DNA from: Candidatus Latescibacterota bacterium
Lineage (GTDB): Bacteria > Latescibacterota > UBA2968 > GCA-2709665
Direction: 5' to 3'
Length of the DNA: 64,000 nt
Assembly: GCA_965116875.1 (NCBI GenBank)
Contig: OZ220733.1
Coordinates: 1,472,001 to 1,536,000 of the forward strand
The notes beneath the pieces were generated by a model that saw only the letters and a program-made list of their open reading frames with translations, was not told where the DNA came from and ran no database searches. Each line of letters starts with the position of its first letter. Position 1 is the first letter of the stretch. Position numbers and translations under genes: made by a program. Below, piece after piece: positions 1-8,452 of the stretch.

Positions 1-884
1 GGGAACGGAAGCGCACCCCCATCCCGGACCCATGTCAGGAACGTGCGGTCCTGCTGATAGAATCCCGGCTTGTAGCGGCGATCGATGTCATCCCCTTCCA
101 CGTTCTCCGGCTCTCCGCCCCTGCGTCTCCATGTTGCGGCCCGCCCAAGATCTGACGTGAAGGTAACCCCACTGCCGCGCACTTCCACGCGGTGCCCTCC
201 CGGAGCGAACCAGTCCATAGACGCACGCCCGACCGCCCCGCCTGCGAAGGTCAACAGCGCCGAACAGCAGTCCGGCATGGGGCCCTCCACGGTACGGTGC
301 ATCGTCCGGACACTCGCCACGTCACCCCCGAAGAATCGCAGCAGGTCCAGCGCGTGGATGCCGTTTGCCGCGCTCCAGCGTTTCATGACCTCTTCCGGAA
401 ATTTCGGGTTTTTCCGGACCCGCCGGATATCCTCGTGGGCGTCCACTGTGACGCTTTGTACCGGACCGGATTCGAGCAGCAGCTCCCTGCCCTTGAGAAG
501 CGTGGAATAGAACCGCCGATTGACGCCCACCATCGCCGGCGTACCCACCGCTCGCGCCAGATCGGCCAGCGCACGGGTCTGGGACGTATAGAGACCGGGA
601 GGCTTTTCCAGAAAGGTCGGGATACCGGACCGAATGAAGTCTGCGGCGACCGGGGCGACCTGGAGGACACTCACGAGAACGAAAACCGCGTCCGGCCGGT
701 CCCCTTCCAGCAGGTCCTCGTGCGAACTCAGGCGTTTCGACACGCCGAACCGCGCACCGGTCTCTTCCAATACGCGGGGGTTGTTGTCCACAAGCGTCGT
801 CACACGCCCTTCGCGCAGGTCGGTGAGTACTTTCAGGTGTCGCTGTGCGATATTTCCGGCTCCCACGACCGCGATGTTCAGCAT
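1..884 (-). CDS. Gfo/Idh/MocA family oxidoreductase (3' end runs off the window)
   Basis: Not in the ORF track; translated by hand from ATG at 884 (AGGA RBS): MLNIAVVGAGNIAQRHL (Rossmann GxGxxA), FLEKPPG, VGVNRRF, GIHALD. The frame is open to the window edge. Confidence 0.9.
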   Translation of the reverse strand, partial: MLNIAVVGAGNIAQRHLKVLTDLREGRVTTLVDNNPRVLEETGARFGVSKRLSSHEDLLEGDRPDAVFVLVSVLQVAPVAADFIRSGIPTFLEKPPGLYTSQTRALADLARAVGTPAMVGVNRRFYSTLLKGRELLLESGPVQSVTVDAHEDIRRVRKNPKFPEEVMKRWSAANGIHALDLLRFFGGDVASVRTMHRTVEGPMPDCCSALLTFAGGAVGRASMDWFAPGGHRVEVRGSGVTFTSDLGRAATWRRRGGEPENVEGDDIDRRYKPGFYQQDRTFLTWVRDGGALPF

Positions 885-950
885 TTCGTCCTGTTCCGTG
901 TAAGCGTTGCACACCCTGAAGAATTATCCAAGCGACCGCCGGTCGCTTAA

Positions 951-1085
951 AGGCGGTGAGACGGGAGAGGGGAGAGGGGAGAAGAAACCCTTGCCCGATA
1001 TTCTATTCCTTCTTGCCTCCGGCACGAGAAGAAACCTCGCAAGGCAGGTAATCTCTACCGTCTCCCGTCTACCCTCTACCCGCTC
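951..1085. repeat. Intergenic cassette with inverted heptamer arms (family B, copy 1)
   Basis: Purine heptamer arm (GGNAGAN) and complementary pyrimidine arm (NTCTNCC) around a core AAGAAACCCTTGCCCGATATTCTATTCCTTCTTGC...; homologous to 32156-32290 and 45770-45900. Confidence 0.75.
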
Positions 1086-1244
1086 TTATTCCTTTCCATC
1101 TTCCATCCGATGCTGGCGATCGATGGATTCGAACAGGGACCTGACGTTGAAAAAACCTCCGATGCCCACGACAACGGTGACCACGGCGAAGATGAGCAGT
1201 CCGAGAAGGAGTACGCCGCCCCAGAAAGGAACCCAGAATGCCAT
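1086..1244 (-). CDS. Small single-pass membrane protein (52 aa), putative partner of the SSS transporter
   Basis: MAFWVPFWGGVLLLGLLIFAVVTVVVGIGGFFNVRSLFESIDRQHRMEDGKE*. AGGAGG RBS overlaps the symporter 3' end; ATG lies 3 nt after its stop. Below the ORF-track length cutoff. Confidence 0.75.
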   Translation of the reverse strand: MAFWVPFWGGVLLLGLLIFAVVTVVVGIGGFFNVRSLFESIDRQHRMEDGKE

Positions 1245-1247
1245 GAA

Positions 1248-2795
1248 TCACGCCTCCTTTTCACCCGTCGAACGGTCGGGAAACAGTAGAGAGCCGAGAA
1301 CCATCAGGGCAAGCGCCAGGACGGTCACCCCAAGGCCGATGTGCGCGCCGGTGAGGACGTCCAGGCCCAGGGCCCGTTTTACAGGCGTCAGTCCGGCGAC
1401 GGCAGCGGCGCCGGCCACAAGGGCGAGGTACGCCCCAACCGTGCTGGCGCGCTTCCAGTAAAGGCCGGTGAGGAGCAGGGCGAACGCGCCCGTGAAGTAG
1501 ATGGCGCCGCTCACGAGCATGTAGTCCCAGAGGTCCTGGCCAAGCTCGTACCAGAGCCCCCACACGAGCAGAAAGGCGCCGATGACGAATATGAAGATCC
1601 GGGAGAGGGTCAGGCGCGCGCGGGTGGAAAGGGTATTGCCGGTGGCGGGGGCGACCACGTCATGCGTGAGCACCGAAGACCAGCAGAGCAGGTAGCTGTC
1701 GTGGGTGGACATGAACGCGGCAAGCAGTCCCGCACCTATCAGGCCAATGAGACCCGCGGGAAGGATCTGGCTGAGGAAGACGGGCATGGCCAGAAGGGTC
1801 AGGTCCGCGTTCCCCGTGGGGACCCCTGCGGCGGAAAAAAAGACCGAACGGGTCGCGTCGTTCTGGTAGAGATAGACGAAAGCGCAGATGCCCAGGAACT
1901 GGGGCACCATGAAGCGGACGAGGAAACCGATCGCCGACCAGGCGTAGAGTTTCTTCACCACCGCCGTACTCTCCGCGGCGCAGGCCCGCATCACCGCGGT
2001 CTGCCATACTGCGCAGGAAACGATCCCGGCGGTGAAGATCATCCAGACGACGTACGACGGGCCGAAACCGCCCCCCTCGTGAAGCGGATTGAACCCGGGC
2101 TCGCCGTGAATCGCCGCAACCGTTTCGACGATCGACGACCATCCCAGCCTGTCCACGGCGATGCCGCAGGTTACGAGAACGCCCAAGGAAAGCACGATGA
2201 ACTGGATGTAGTCGGTGAGCACAACCGAAACCATGCCCCCGAGAATGGTATAACACAGAACCAGCAGGAGCATCACGGTCATGATCAGACCGACCGACGT
2301 TGGATTCGTGACTCCCGTCAGCCCGGCGACAAAGATCGCGCCCGCCTTGAGGAACAGACCCATATTGAGGATGCCGGAAAGGGCGAGAAGCAGGCCGCCG
2401 AAGATGCGGACGCCCCGGCTGAACCGTTTTTCGTAGAATTCCGGAATCGTCATCACGCCCAGTTCGCGGAGCGGAACCACGATGAATCCGGTCAGGCCGA
2501 TGATCAGGGTCACGATGCCTGCGATGAGGCCGATGTGAAAGGCGGCAATCCCGCCGGTGAATCCCTTCTGGGCGGAATACATGACCGTCACGAGCCCGAG
2601 TTCGCTGCCGATCATCGTGGCCACGGCGAGATAGGGTTTCAGCGAACGGCCGGCGACGATATAGTCGCTCATGTTGCGGATGTAGCGGTTTGCGTACAGG
2701 CCGATCGCGACGGTGGCGAGCATATACAGGCCGACAATCGCCCAATCGACTGTGCCGAAGTTGGAACCGATGCTGTTCAGGAGATCGGAGGACAT
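1248..2795 (-). CDS. Sodium:solute symporter (SSS) family transporter
   Basis: About 13 hydrophobic segments; YIVAGRSL, TIPEFYEKRF, YTILGGM and LAAFMSTHDS motifs. Confidence 0.92.
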   Translation of the reverse strand: MSSDLLNSIGSNFGTVDWAIVGLYMLATVAIGLYANRYIRNMSDYIVAGRSLKPYLAVATMIGSELGLVTVMYSAQKGFTGGIAAFHIGLIAGIVTLIIGLTGFIVVPLRELGVMTIPEFYEKRFSRGVRIFGGLLLALSGILNMGLFLKAGAIFVAGLTGVTNPTSVGLIMTVMLLLVLCYTILGGMVSVVLTDYIQFIVLSLGVLVTCGIAVDRLGWSSIVETVAAIHGEPGFNPLHEGGGFGPSYVVWMIFTAGIVSCAVWQTAVMRACAAESTAVVKKLYAWSAIGFLVRFMVPQFLGICAFVYLYQNDATRSVFFSAAGVPTGNADLTLLAMPVFLSQILPAGLIGLIGAGLLAAFMSTHDSYLLCWSSVLTHDVVAPATGNTLSTRARLTLSRIFIFVIGAFLLVWGLWYELGQDLWDYMLVSGAIYFTGAFALLLTGLYWKRASTVGAYLALVAGAAAVAGLTPVKRALGLDVLTGAHIGLGVTVLALALMVLGSLLFPDRSTGEKEA

Positions 2796-2855
2796 AGGCG
2801 ATACCGAAGAAACCGCGGATCGTTCAAAGCCCCGATGGGGTTTCTTTTAACCTCT

Positions 2856-3185
2856 TAACAGTCCGTTGATAAAGTCGCTCTGCAGGCGAGGCTTGGTGTT
2901 CCGTCCCGGAAATATGTCACCATTCATCCGCCGATTCATCCCGTCTGGCGGCGTTGCCTTCGTTCGGTGACCGTAAGCAGGTCGCCTTGCTCAGGCGCCT
3001 TGCCAGCCGGGCGACTCGGCGGCCGAATTTCGGCAATCTATTTCCGGGGCGGAACACTTGCCATTGTGGCCGAAGACAAGGCGCGCGACCGAGTCCCATC
3101 CTGAGATTCGGCGAGGGAGCGCAACGCAGGTTTTCGACCGCAAGGGCCGGCCGTAGCCCGGATGGGCTTTTTCAACGGGCTGTTA
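2856..3185. mobile_element. MITE family A, copy 1 (330 bp, contains a nested element)
   Basis: Terminal inverted repeats TAACAGTCCGTTGA / TCAACGGGCTGTTA; internal sequence shared with 31867-32032 and 29216-29305. Confidence 0.8.
2896..3057. mobile_element. Second MITE nested inside MITE-A copy 1
   Basis: 19-bp TIR GTGTTCCGTCCCGGAAATA / TATTTCCGGGGCGGAACAC (1 mismatch), flanked by TTG on both sides; absent from MITE-A copy 3. Confidence 0.72.
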
Positions 3186-3800
3186 AGGCCAGGTGGGGCG
3201 TTCCATCGAGAAAGATTCGTTGACGCAGACGTAGTCCAGGTACCCGAGACGCCCCACCGGTCTCAGGGCCACGGTGTCGACGTGCCCGTCCGTTATGGCC
3301 CAATCGGCAATGTGGATACCGACCACCTGACCGAAGACAACCGTGTTGGGATCGTCCGGATCGTCCGTGGGCAGGTCGACGGTCCGGGTATGGATACACT
3401 CAAGATGGACCGGGCTTTCCGCGACGCGGGGCGGCTTTACAAGTATCGACGGCGCCTGGGTGACGCCAGCGTATTCGAATTCGTTGACGTGTCCCGGGGC
3501 GGGCACGGCAGTGGCGTTCATGTGCGTTCGAAGTTCCCACGTGGCGAGGTTGACCACGAATTCTCCGGTTTCCTGCACGTTCCTTATCGAATCCTTCAGA
3601 CCGCCATGGCTGTGTGTAGTTGTCGCCGCGAATATGACCTGCGGCGGAACGTAGGCCACCGCGTTGAAGAACGAGTACGGCGCCAGGTTGATCGTACCCT
3701 CTGCGTCCATCGATGATATCCATCCTATCGGTCGGGGCACGACAATCGCGTTGAAGGGATCCCGGCGCAGCCCGTGATCTTCCGACGTCCTGTAAAACAT
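3183..3800 (-). CDS. Flavin reductase family protein (DIM6/NTAB-like)
   Basis: PRPIGWISS, NLAPYSFFN, KDSIRNVQETGEFVVN, VGRLGY. Confidence 0.92.
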   Translation of the reverse strand: MFYRTSEDHGLRRDPFNAIVVPRPIGWISSMDAEGTINLAPYSFFNAVAYVPPQVIFAATTTHSHGGLKDSIRNVQETGEFVVNLATWELRTHMNATAVPAPGHVNEFEYAGVTQAPSILVKPPRVAESPVHLECIHTRTVDLPTDDPDDPNTVVFGQVVGIHIADWAITDGHVDTVALRPVGRLGYLDYVCVNESFSMERPTWP

Positions 3801-3850
3801 GCTCGCGGCCTCTCATTCCCGAGGTCAGTTTGTTTTTCATGTCGCAGGGA

Positions 3851-4852
3851 CTACTTCCACTTGAACACAACGCCCAGCGCGGCTGCCGGATCATCGGCCA
3901 GCATCGTGTAGATTTCCTGGCACTGTTCCGGGGCGGCGACGTGGGTGATGAGGTCTTCGACGGGCAATCTGCCCTCCCCCATCAGACGCATCACCAGTCT
4001 GCGGTCCCGGTCCTTCGCCCATCGGTAGTAGATGTGATCGGCTTCCGGCGTCTTGGGCTGGTGGGCGCCCAGGATGCTGACTTCCCGCAGATGCACGTCG
4101 GCAAGGAAATCCATGTCGACGGTGCCGCGCGGCGAACCCAGCGCGACCACGCGGCCCGCGGTGCAGGCAAGCCGGACGGCGGTGGGATATACCGCGGGTT
4201 TCCCGGTCGCTTCGATTACGACGTTGGCGCCGTCTTCGACGCAGTATTGCCCCACCGCGTCCCGGACGTCGTCCACCTCTCCGGGATTGATGCAGATATC
4301 CGTACCGCGGCTGCGGGCCATATCCAGGCGAAAGCCGTCCAGGTCGATGGTGATCACCGGGAGGGCGCCGGAGAGCCGGGCCAGGGTCGCCGCCAACTGG
4401 CCGACAATCCCCAGGCCGATGACGACGACAACCTCTCCCAATTCGATACGCGCCACGCGAATTCCGTGGATGGCGATCGCCCCCATGACCATAAAGGCGG
4501 CGGCCCTGGGCGACACGGAGTCCGGAACCTTCACATAGAACGCCCTTCCGCCGTAGAGAATGCTGTGGCTGGCATGGTTTCCCTGGCCGGCGACGCGATC
4601 TCCCGGCCGGATGCCTTCAACGTCTTTGCCGACTTCCAGCACCGTGCCCACGTTGCAATAGCCGGTGGCGCGGGGAAACCGAACCGGGTTTCCGGGTTCT
4701 CCGCCGTGGATCCATCCGTGGATCTCGGTGCCCACGCTGACGGCTGTGTACTCGTTTTCCAGAAGGATCCCGTCATCTGGTACCGTACCCGTTTCGAAGG
4801 ACGCGACTTCCATCCGGCGAATACCGGGGATCTGGAGACGTCTGGCTTTCAT
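3851..4852 (-). CDS. MDR-family (zinc-binding ADH-like) dehydrogenase
   Basis: GroES-like N-terminus (VSVGTE, GYCNVG, GDRV), Rossmann GLGIVG, VIEATG. Confidence 0.85.
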   Translation of the reverse strand: MKARRLQIPGIRRMEVASFETGTVPDDGILLENEYTAVSVGTEIHGWIHGGEPGNPVRFPRATGYCNVGTVLEVGKDVEGIRPGDRVAGQGNHASHSILYGGRAFYVKVPDSVSPRAAAFMVMGAIAIHGIRVARIELGEVVVVIGLGIVGQLAATLARLSGALPVITIDLDGFRLDMARSRGTDICINPGEVDDVRDAVGQYCVEDGANVVIEATGKPAVYPTAVRLACTAGRVVALGSPRGTVDMDFLADVHLREVSILGAHQPKTPEADHIYYRWAKDRDRRLVMRLMGEGRLPVEDLITHVAAPEQCQEIYTMLADDPAAALGVVFKWK

Positions 4853-4915
4853 CTGCGAGTCCTTTCGAATTGCCCGCCGACGGATCCGCGCGAGGCAGTG
4901 AGACGGGGGCGTTGT

Positions 4916-5953
4916 TTACGCCTGCCCGCGATCCAGGGTATTGCGGAAGAGTCGAAGGAAGTTCCCTCCCCAGACTTTCCGGATTTCGTCTTCCGAGAGG
5001 CCGCGAGCGAGCATCGCGCGGGTGAGGCGCACAAGGTTCGAGACGTCTCCGAAGACAGGCGTCTTCGAACCCATACCGTCGTAATCGGAGCCGACGCCGA
5101 CGTGGTCGATGCCGACCAGGTCCGCCACGTGACAGATATGGTCGACCATCCGGTCCACGGAAGGATTTTCCGGATCGATAAAGCCCGGGAGAAACGCAAT
5201 ACCCATCACCCCGCCGACCCCGGCCAGCGCCCTGAGCTGATCGTCGGTCAGGCAGCGCCAGTGGTTGCAGACGGAAAAGGCCGCGGTGTGGGTCATCGTT
5301 ACCGGAAGCGATGACTGTTCCAGTACCTGGTAGAAAGCCCTGTCGTTGATATGGGCGAGGTCCGTGACGACGCCCAGCCGGTTGCTTTCCTTCAGCACAG
5401 CTTTGCCGAAGTCCGTCAGCCCGCTGGCGCTCCTGCGTTCCCGTTCACGGTCTTCAGGCGTACACGGCCCGAAAGGACTCCTGCTTCCCTGCAGCAGAAA
5501 GGGGTCGTCCCCGCCTTCGCCGTGGGTGATGCCGATGCAGCGAATGCCCAGGCGGTAGTAAAGACGCAATGTATCCATTTCGCCTTCCAGCCAGCGTCCC
5601 GCGCCTTCGATTGTGAGCAGGATGCCGATCTTGCCGGATTCCTTCGCCCGTTCAACGTCCCGGGACGAGAACACCAACATCAGATCGTCCGGATAAAGCT
5701 CCACAGACGCCAGGGTCTGTTCGAGGGTGACCCTGACGTTGGCGGTGGGACCGTTGCCGACGACGAAAAAGCCGGCGTCGAACCCGCCTTCCCGCATCCG
5801 CGGAATGTCCATGTGATACGCGAGGTCCCGTTTCTTCAGGTCCATCGGGCGATCGCCACGGTGTACATGCTCCACCGGCGTGTCGTTGTGGCCGTCGACG
5901 ATCAGGCAGCGATCGTGGACCGCCTGCGCTTCTTCAAGGGTGATTTCCGGCAT
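4916..5953 (-). CDS. Membrane/renal dipeptidase family (peptidase M19)
   Basis: DGHNDT, IEG, DLAHI, TH, GIDHVGVGSDYDG, GGNFLR. Start placed at MPEITL. Confidence 0.9.
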   Translation of the reverse strand: MPEITLEEAQAVHDRCLIVDGHNDTPVEHVHRGDRPMDLKKRDLAYHMDIPRMREGGFDAGFFVVGNGPTANVRVTLEQTLASVELYPDDLMLVFSSRDVERAKESGKIGILLTIEGAGRWLEGEMDTLRLYYRLGIRCIGITHGEGGDDPFLLQGSRSPFGPCTPEDRERERRSASGLTDFGKAVLKESNRLGVVTDLAHINDRAFYQVLEQSSLPVTMTHTAAFSVCNHWRCLTDDQLRALAGVGGVMGIAFLPGFIDPENPSVDRMVDHICHVADLVGIDHVGVGSDYDGMGSKTPVFGDVSNLVRLTRAMLARGLSEDEIRKVWGGNFLRLFRNTLDRGQA

Positions 5954-6011
5954 GTGGATTGTCCCTGGCTGAGTGGATTTGCGTGATGGATCGGTGCGCT
6001 TTGAGTGCACA

Positions 6012-7334
6012 CTACGGCGGATCGACGGGTACTTTCTGTCTCTTGCTGACCAGCGGGTCGTACGTGAACCCTTCGGAGCGTCTTTCGAACTCCGCGCGCG
6101 CCTTTTTCAATTTCTCCGGGTCCCTGCACAGGTCGACCGCACTACCGGCGAAGACTTTCGCCGTCTGCCGGACCGCGCGATCGGCGAAAGGCAGGGCAGC
6201 CTGCGCGGCCATGTCCCGGTGGTGGCCGGGCGTTCCCTTCGCGTAACAGACCATCTCGAAGCGTCCCAGAGGGGCCAGCCAGGAGACATTGTCCTCGTCC
6301 GTGGATCCCCGTCCCTGCGAGCCGCTGCCTTTGGCGATCTTCGTGTTGAACCCTTTCTTGTAGCCAAGGCCTTCGGCGTGCTTCACGTCGGCTTCCGTCG
6401 GTTTGGGAGGCCCGAAGAGCTTGAGATTCTTTCGGACGATCTCACACATCGCCTTGTTGGGCAGACGCGGGTACACGGCGGTGATTCGCGACCATTTCAT
6501 CTTCGTATCGGTAGCCCTGGCGGCGCCCCGGGCGCAGGCGGTGAGGCGTTCACGCACGTCGTCGACCTGCGCGCGGTCCTTGCCTCGAACGAAGTACCAG
6601 ATCTTGGCATAGGCCGGTACCACGTTGGGTGCGTCCCCTCCATCGCGGATCACGGAATGGATCCTGACGTTCTCGGGGACATGCTCGCGGAGATAGTTGG
6701 CGGCGACGTCCGTAAGCATCACCCCGTCCAGCGCGCTGCGGCCCCGGTGGGCCGACGCGCCGTGGGCGGTGCGGCCGAAGAACTCATAAACGAGGGAGTC
6801 CAACGACGACCCGCCGAAATTGTTGACGCCCGAAGCATCCCCCGGATGCCACGCAAGGCAGACGGCCAGGTCCCGGAAGGCGCCGTCGCGGGCCATGTAG
6901 ACTTTGCCACCCAGGGTTTCCTCCGCCGGACAGCCGTAGTAGACGATTTTGCCCGATACTCCGGTTGATTCAAGGATCTTCGCAGCGGCGACCGCACCCA
7001 CGGCCGGGGCAACGCCCAGGAGGTTATGGCCTCAGCCGTGACCCCATTGACCTTCTTCGGGGCCGCAGTTGGGCAGCGCGTCGTACTCCCCCAGCAGTCC
7101 GACCGCAGGTTCTCCTGCGCCCCGGGTCGCGCGAAACGCCGTGGGAATCTTCTTGAACGGAAATTCAACCTCGAAGCCACGAGAGTCCAGATAGTCCGCG
7201 ATCGCCCGGGAGGACTTGACTTCCCGGAAGGGCCGTTCCGCCCAGGCGTGCACCTTACCCGAAAGTACCCTTGCCCGTTTCGATTCCGCGGCGACGGCGC
7301 GGTTGACGAGACTCTTTTTTTCTTTTTTGGTCAT
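6012..7334 (-). CDS. M20 amidohydrolase (AbgB/HACGH type) with an in-frame UGA at the metal-ligand Cys; candidate selenoprotein (440 aa)
   Basis: Track ORFs 7032..7508 and 6012..7001 are the same frame, joined by TGA at 7034-7032: EYDALPNCGPEEGQWGHG-TGA-GHNLLG. Downstream PAEE, WHP, GRSALD, PNVVP and GSTD motifs are intact. GGGAGG RBS before ATG at 7334. Confidence 0.85.
7002..7031 (-). promoter_or_regulatory. Putative bacterial SECIS hairpin immediately after the in-frame UGA
   Basis: UGA-GGCC AUAACCU CC U GGGC GUU GCCC C GG CC. The apical loop starts with G, 18 nt after the UGA. Confidence 0.55.
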
Positions 7335-7347
7335 GGCACCCTCCCAT

Positions 7348-8442
7348 TCAGGTATCCGGGTTCGCGACGGCATCCGCCACCGCATCGCCCACTTCGTGCG
7401 TCCCGGCGGCGCCTCCGAGATCGGCCGGGTGGTTCTTCGGATCGTCCAGCGCCCGGTCGACGGCGCGGTCGATCGTCTCCGAGGCGGCGATGGCTTCGGT
7501 ATCGTCATGACGTGCGCCCAGCCAGGAAAGCATCATCCCGGCGGAGAGAATCTGCGCCATGGGATTGGCGATACCGCTCCCGGCGATATCCGGTGCGGTT
7601 CCGTGGGACGGCTGGAAGACGCCGTAACGGTCGCCCACGTCGGCCGAGGGCGCCATCCCCATTCCGCCGATGGTTGCGGCGGCCAGGTCCGAGATGATGT
7701 CCCCGAACATATTCTCCGCGACGACAACGTCGTACCAGGCGGGGTTGCGCAACTGGTACACGGTGAATGCGTCCACGTAGGCATAGTCCCGTTCGATGCC
7801 CGGATAGGACTCAGCGACCTCGTCGTAGATCTGCCTGAAAAAGGCCATGCTCTTCAGGATGTTGGCCTTGTCCACTGACGTCACGCGGCGCCTGCCGTCG
7901 GCCGGCGCACCCTTCCGTTGCTTCGCGATTTCAAAGGCATACTTGACGATCCGCTCGGTACCGGCGCGGGTGATCACCATATTGTCCACGGCGAGGCTGT
8001 CTCCCAGCCGGACCCCGGCGCCTCGGGAGGCGTAGAGGCCCTCGGTATTCTCGCGCATGATGACGTAGTCGAGCGGCGGGTTTCCATCCAGAAGCGGAGG
8101 CACGCCCCGGTATTTCTTGATGGGCCGTATGCCGGCGTACAGGTCCAGCTCGAAGCGCAGCGTGAGTTGCGGCGCGATTTCCGTGCCGTCGGGAAAACGA
8201 ACGTCCGGATCGCCGGCGGAGCCGAAGAGTACCGCGTCGGCCTTCCTGCAGGCTTCGAGCGTGGATTCCGGAAGGTCAACCCCGGTCTCGGCGTAGCACG
8301 CGGCGCCAACCCGGTGTTCGGAAAAGGTGAAGCGGAGATCGGGATGCGGTTCCTCGAGCGCCAGTAGCACCTTGAGCGCTTCCGCGACCACTTCCGGCCC
8401 AACGCCGTCTCCGGGGAGTACCGCGATGTTGTACGTTGGCAT
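7348..8442 (-). CDS. Isocitrate/isopropylmalate/tartrate dehydrogenase family protein
   Basis: LPGDGVGPEV, RENTEGLY, VDKANIL, NMFGDIISD, HGTAPDIAG. Confidence 0.93.
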   Translation of the reverse strand: MPTYNIAVLPGDGVGPEVVAEALKVLLALEEPHPDLRFTFSEHRVGAACYAETGVDLPESTLEACRKADAVLFGSAGDPDVRFPDGTEIAPQLTLRFELDLYAGIRPIKKYRGVPPLLDGNPPLDYVIMRENTEGLYASRGAGVRLGDSLAVDNMVITRAGTERIVKYAFEIAKQRKGAPADGRRRVTSVDKANILKSMAFFRQIYDEVAESYPGIERDYAYVDAFTVYQLRNPAWYDVVVAENMFGDIISDLAAATIGGMGMAPSADVGDRYGVFQPSHGTAPDIAGSGIANPMAQILSAGMMLSWLGARHDDTEAIAASETIDRAVDRALDDPKNHPADLGGAAGTHEVGDAVADAVANPDT

Positions 8443-8452
8443 GTACGTCCTT

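Noticed and set aside
1341-2858. Long opposite-strand or alternate-frame ORFs (e.g. 1341..2858, 3830..5314, 39452..40852, 26946..28223, 56124..57227)
   Set aside because: Shadows of GC-rich real genes; Arg/Pro/Gly-rich with no family motifs.
7032-7034. Genome-wide UGA reassignment (Trp/Gly) as the explanation for the in-frame TGA
   Set aside because: TGA is the true stop of many intact genes here (smc, modB, modC, pyrE and others), and the codon aligns with Cys, not Trp or Gly.
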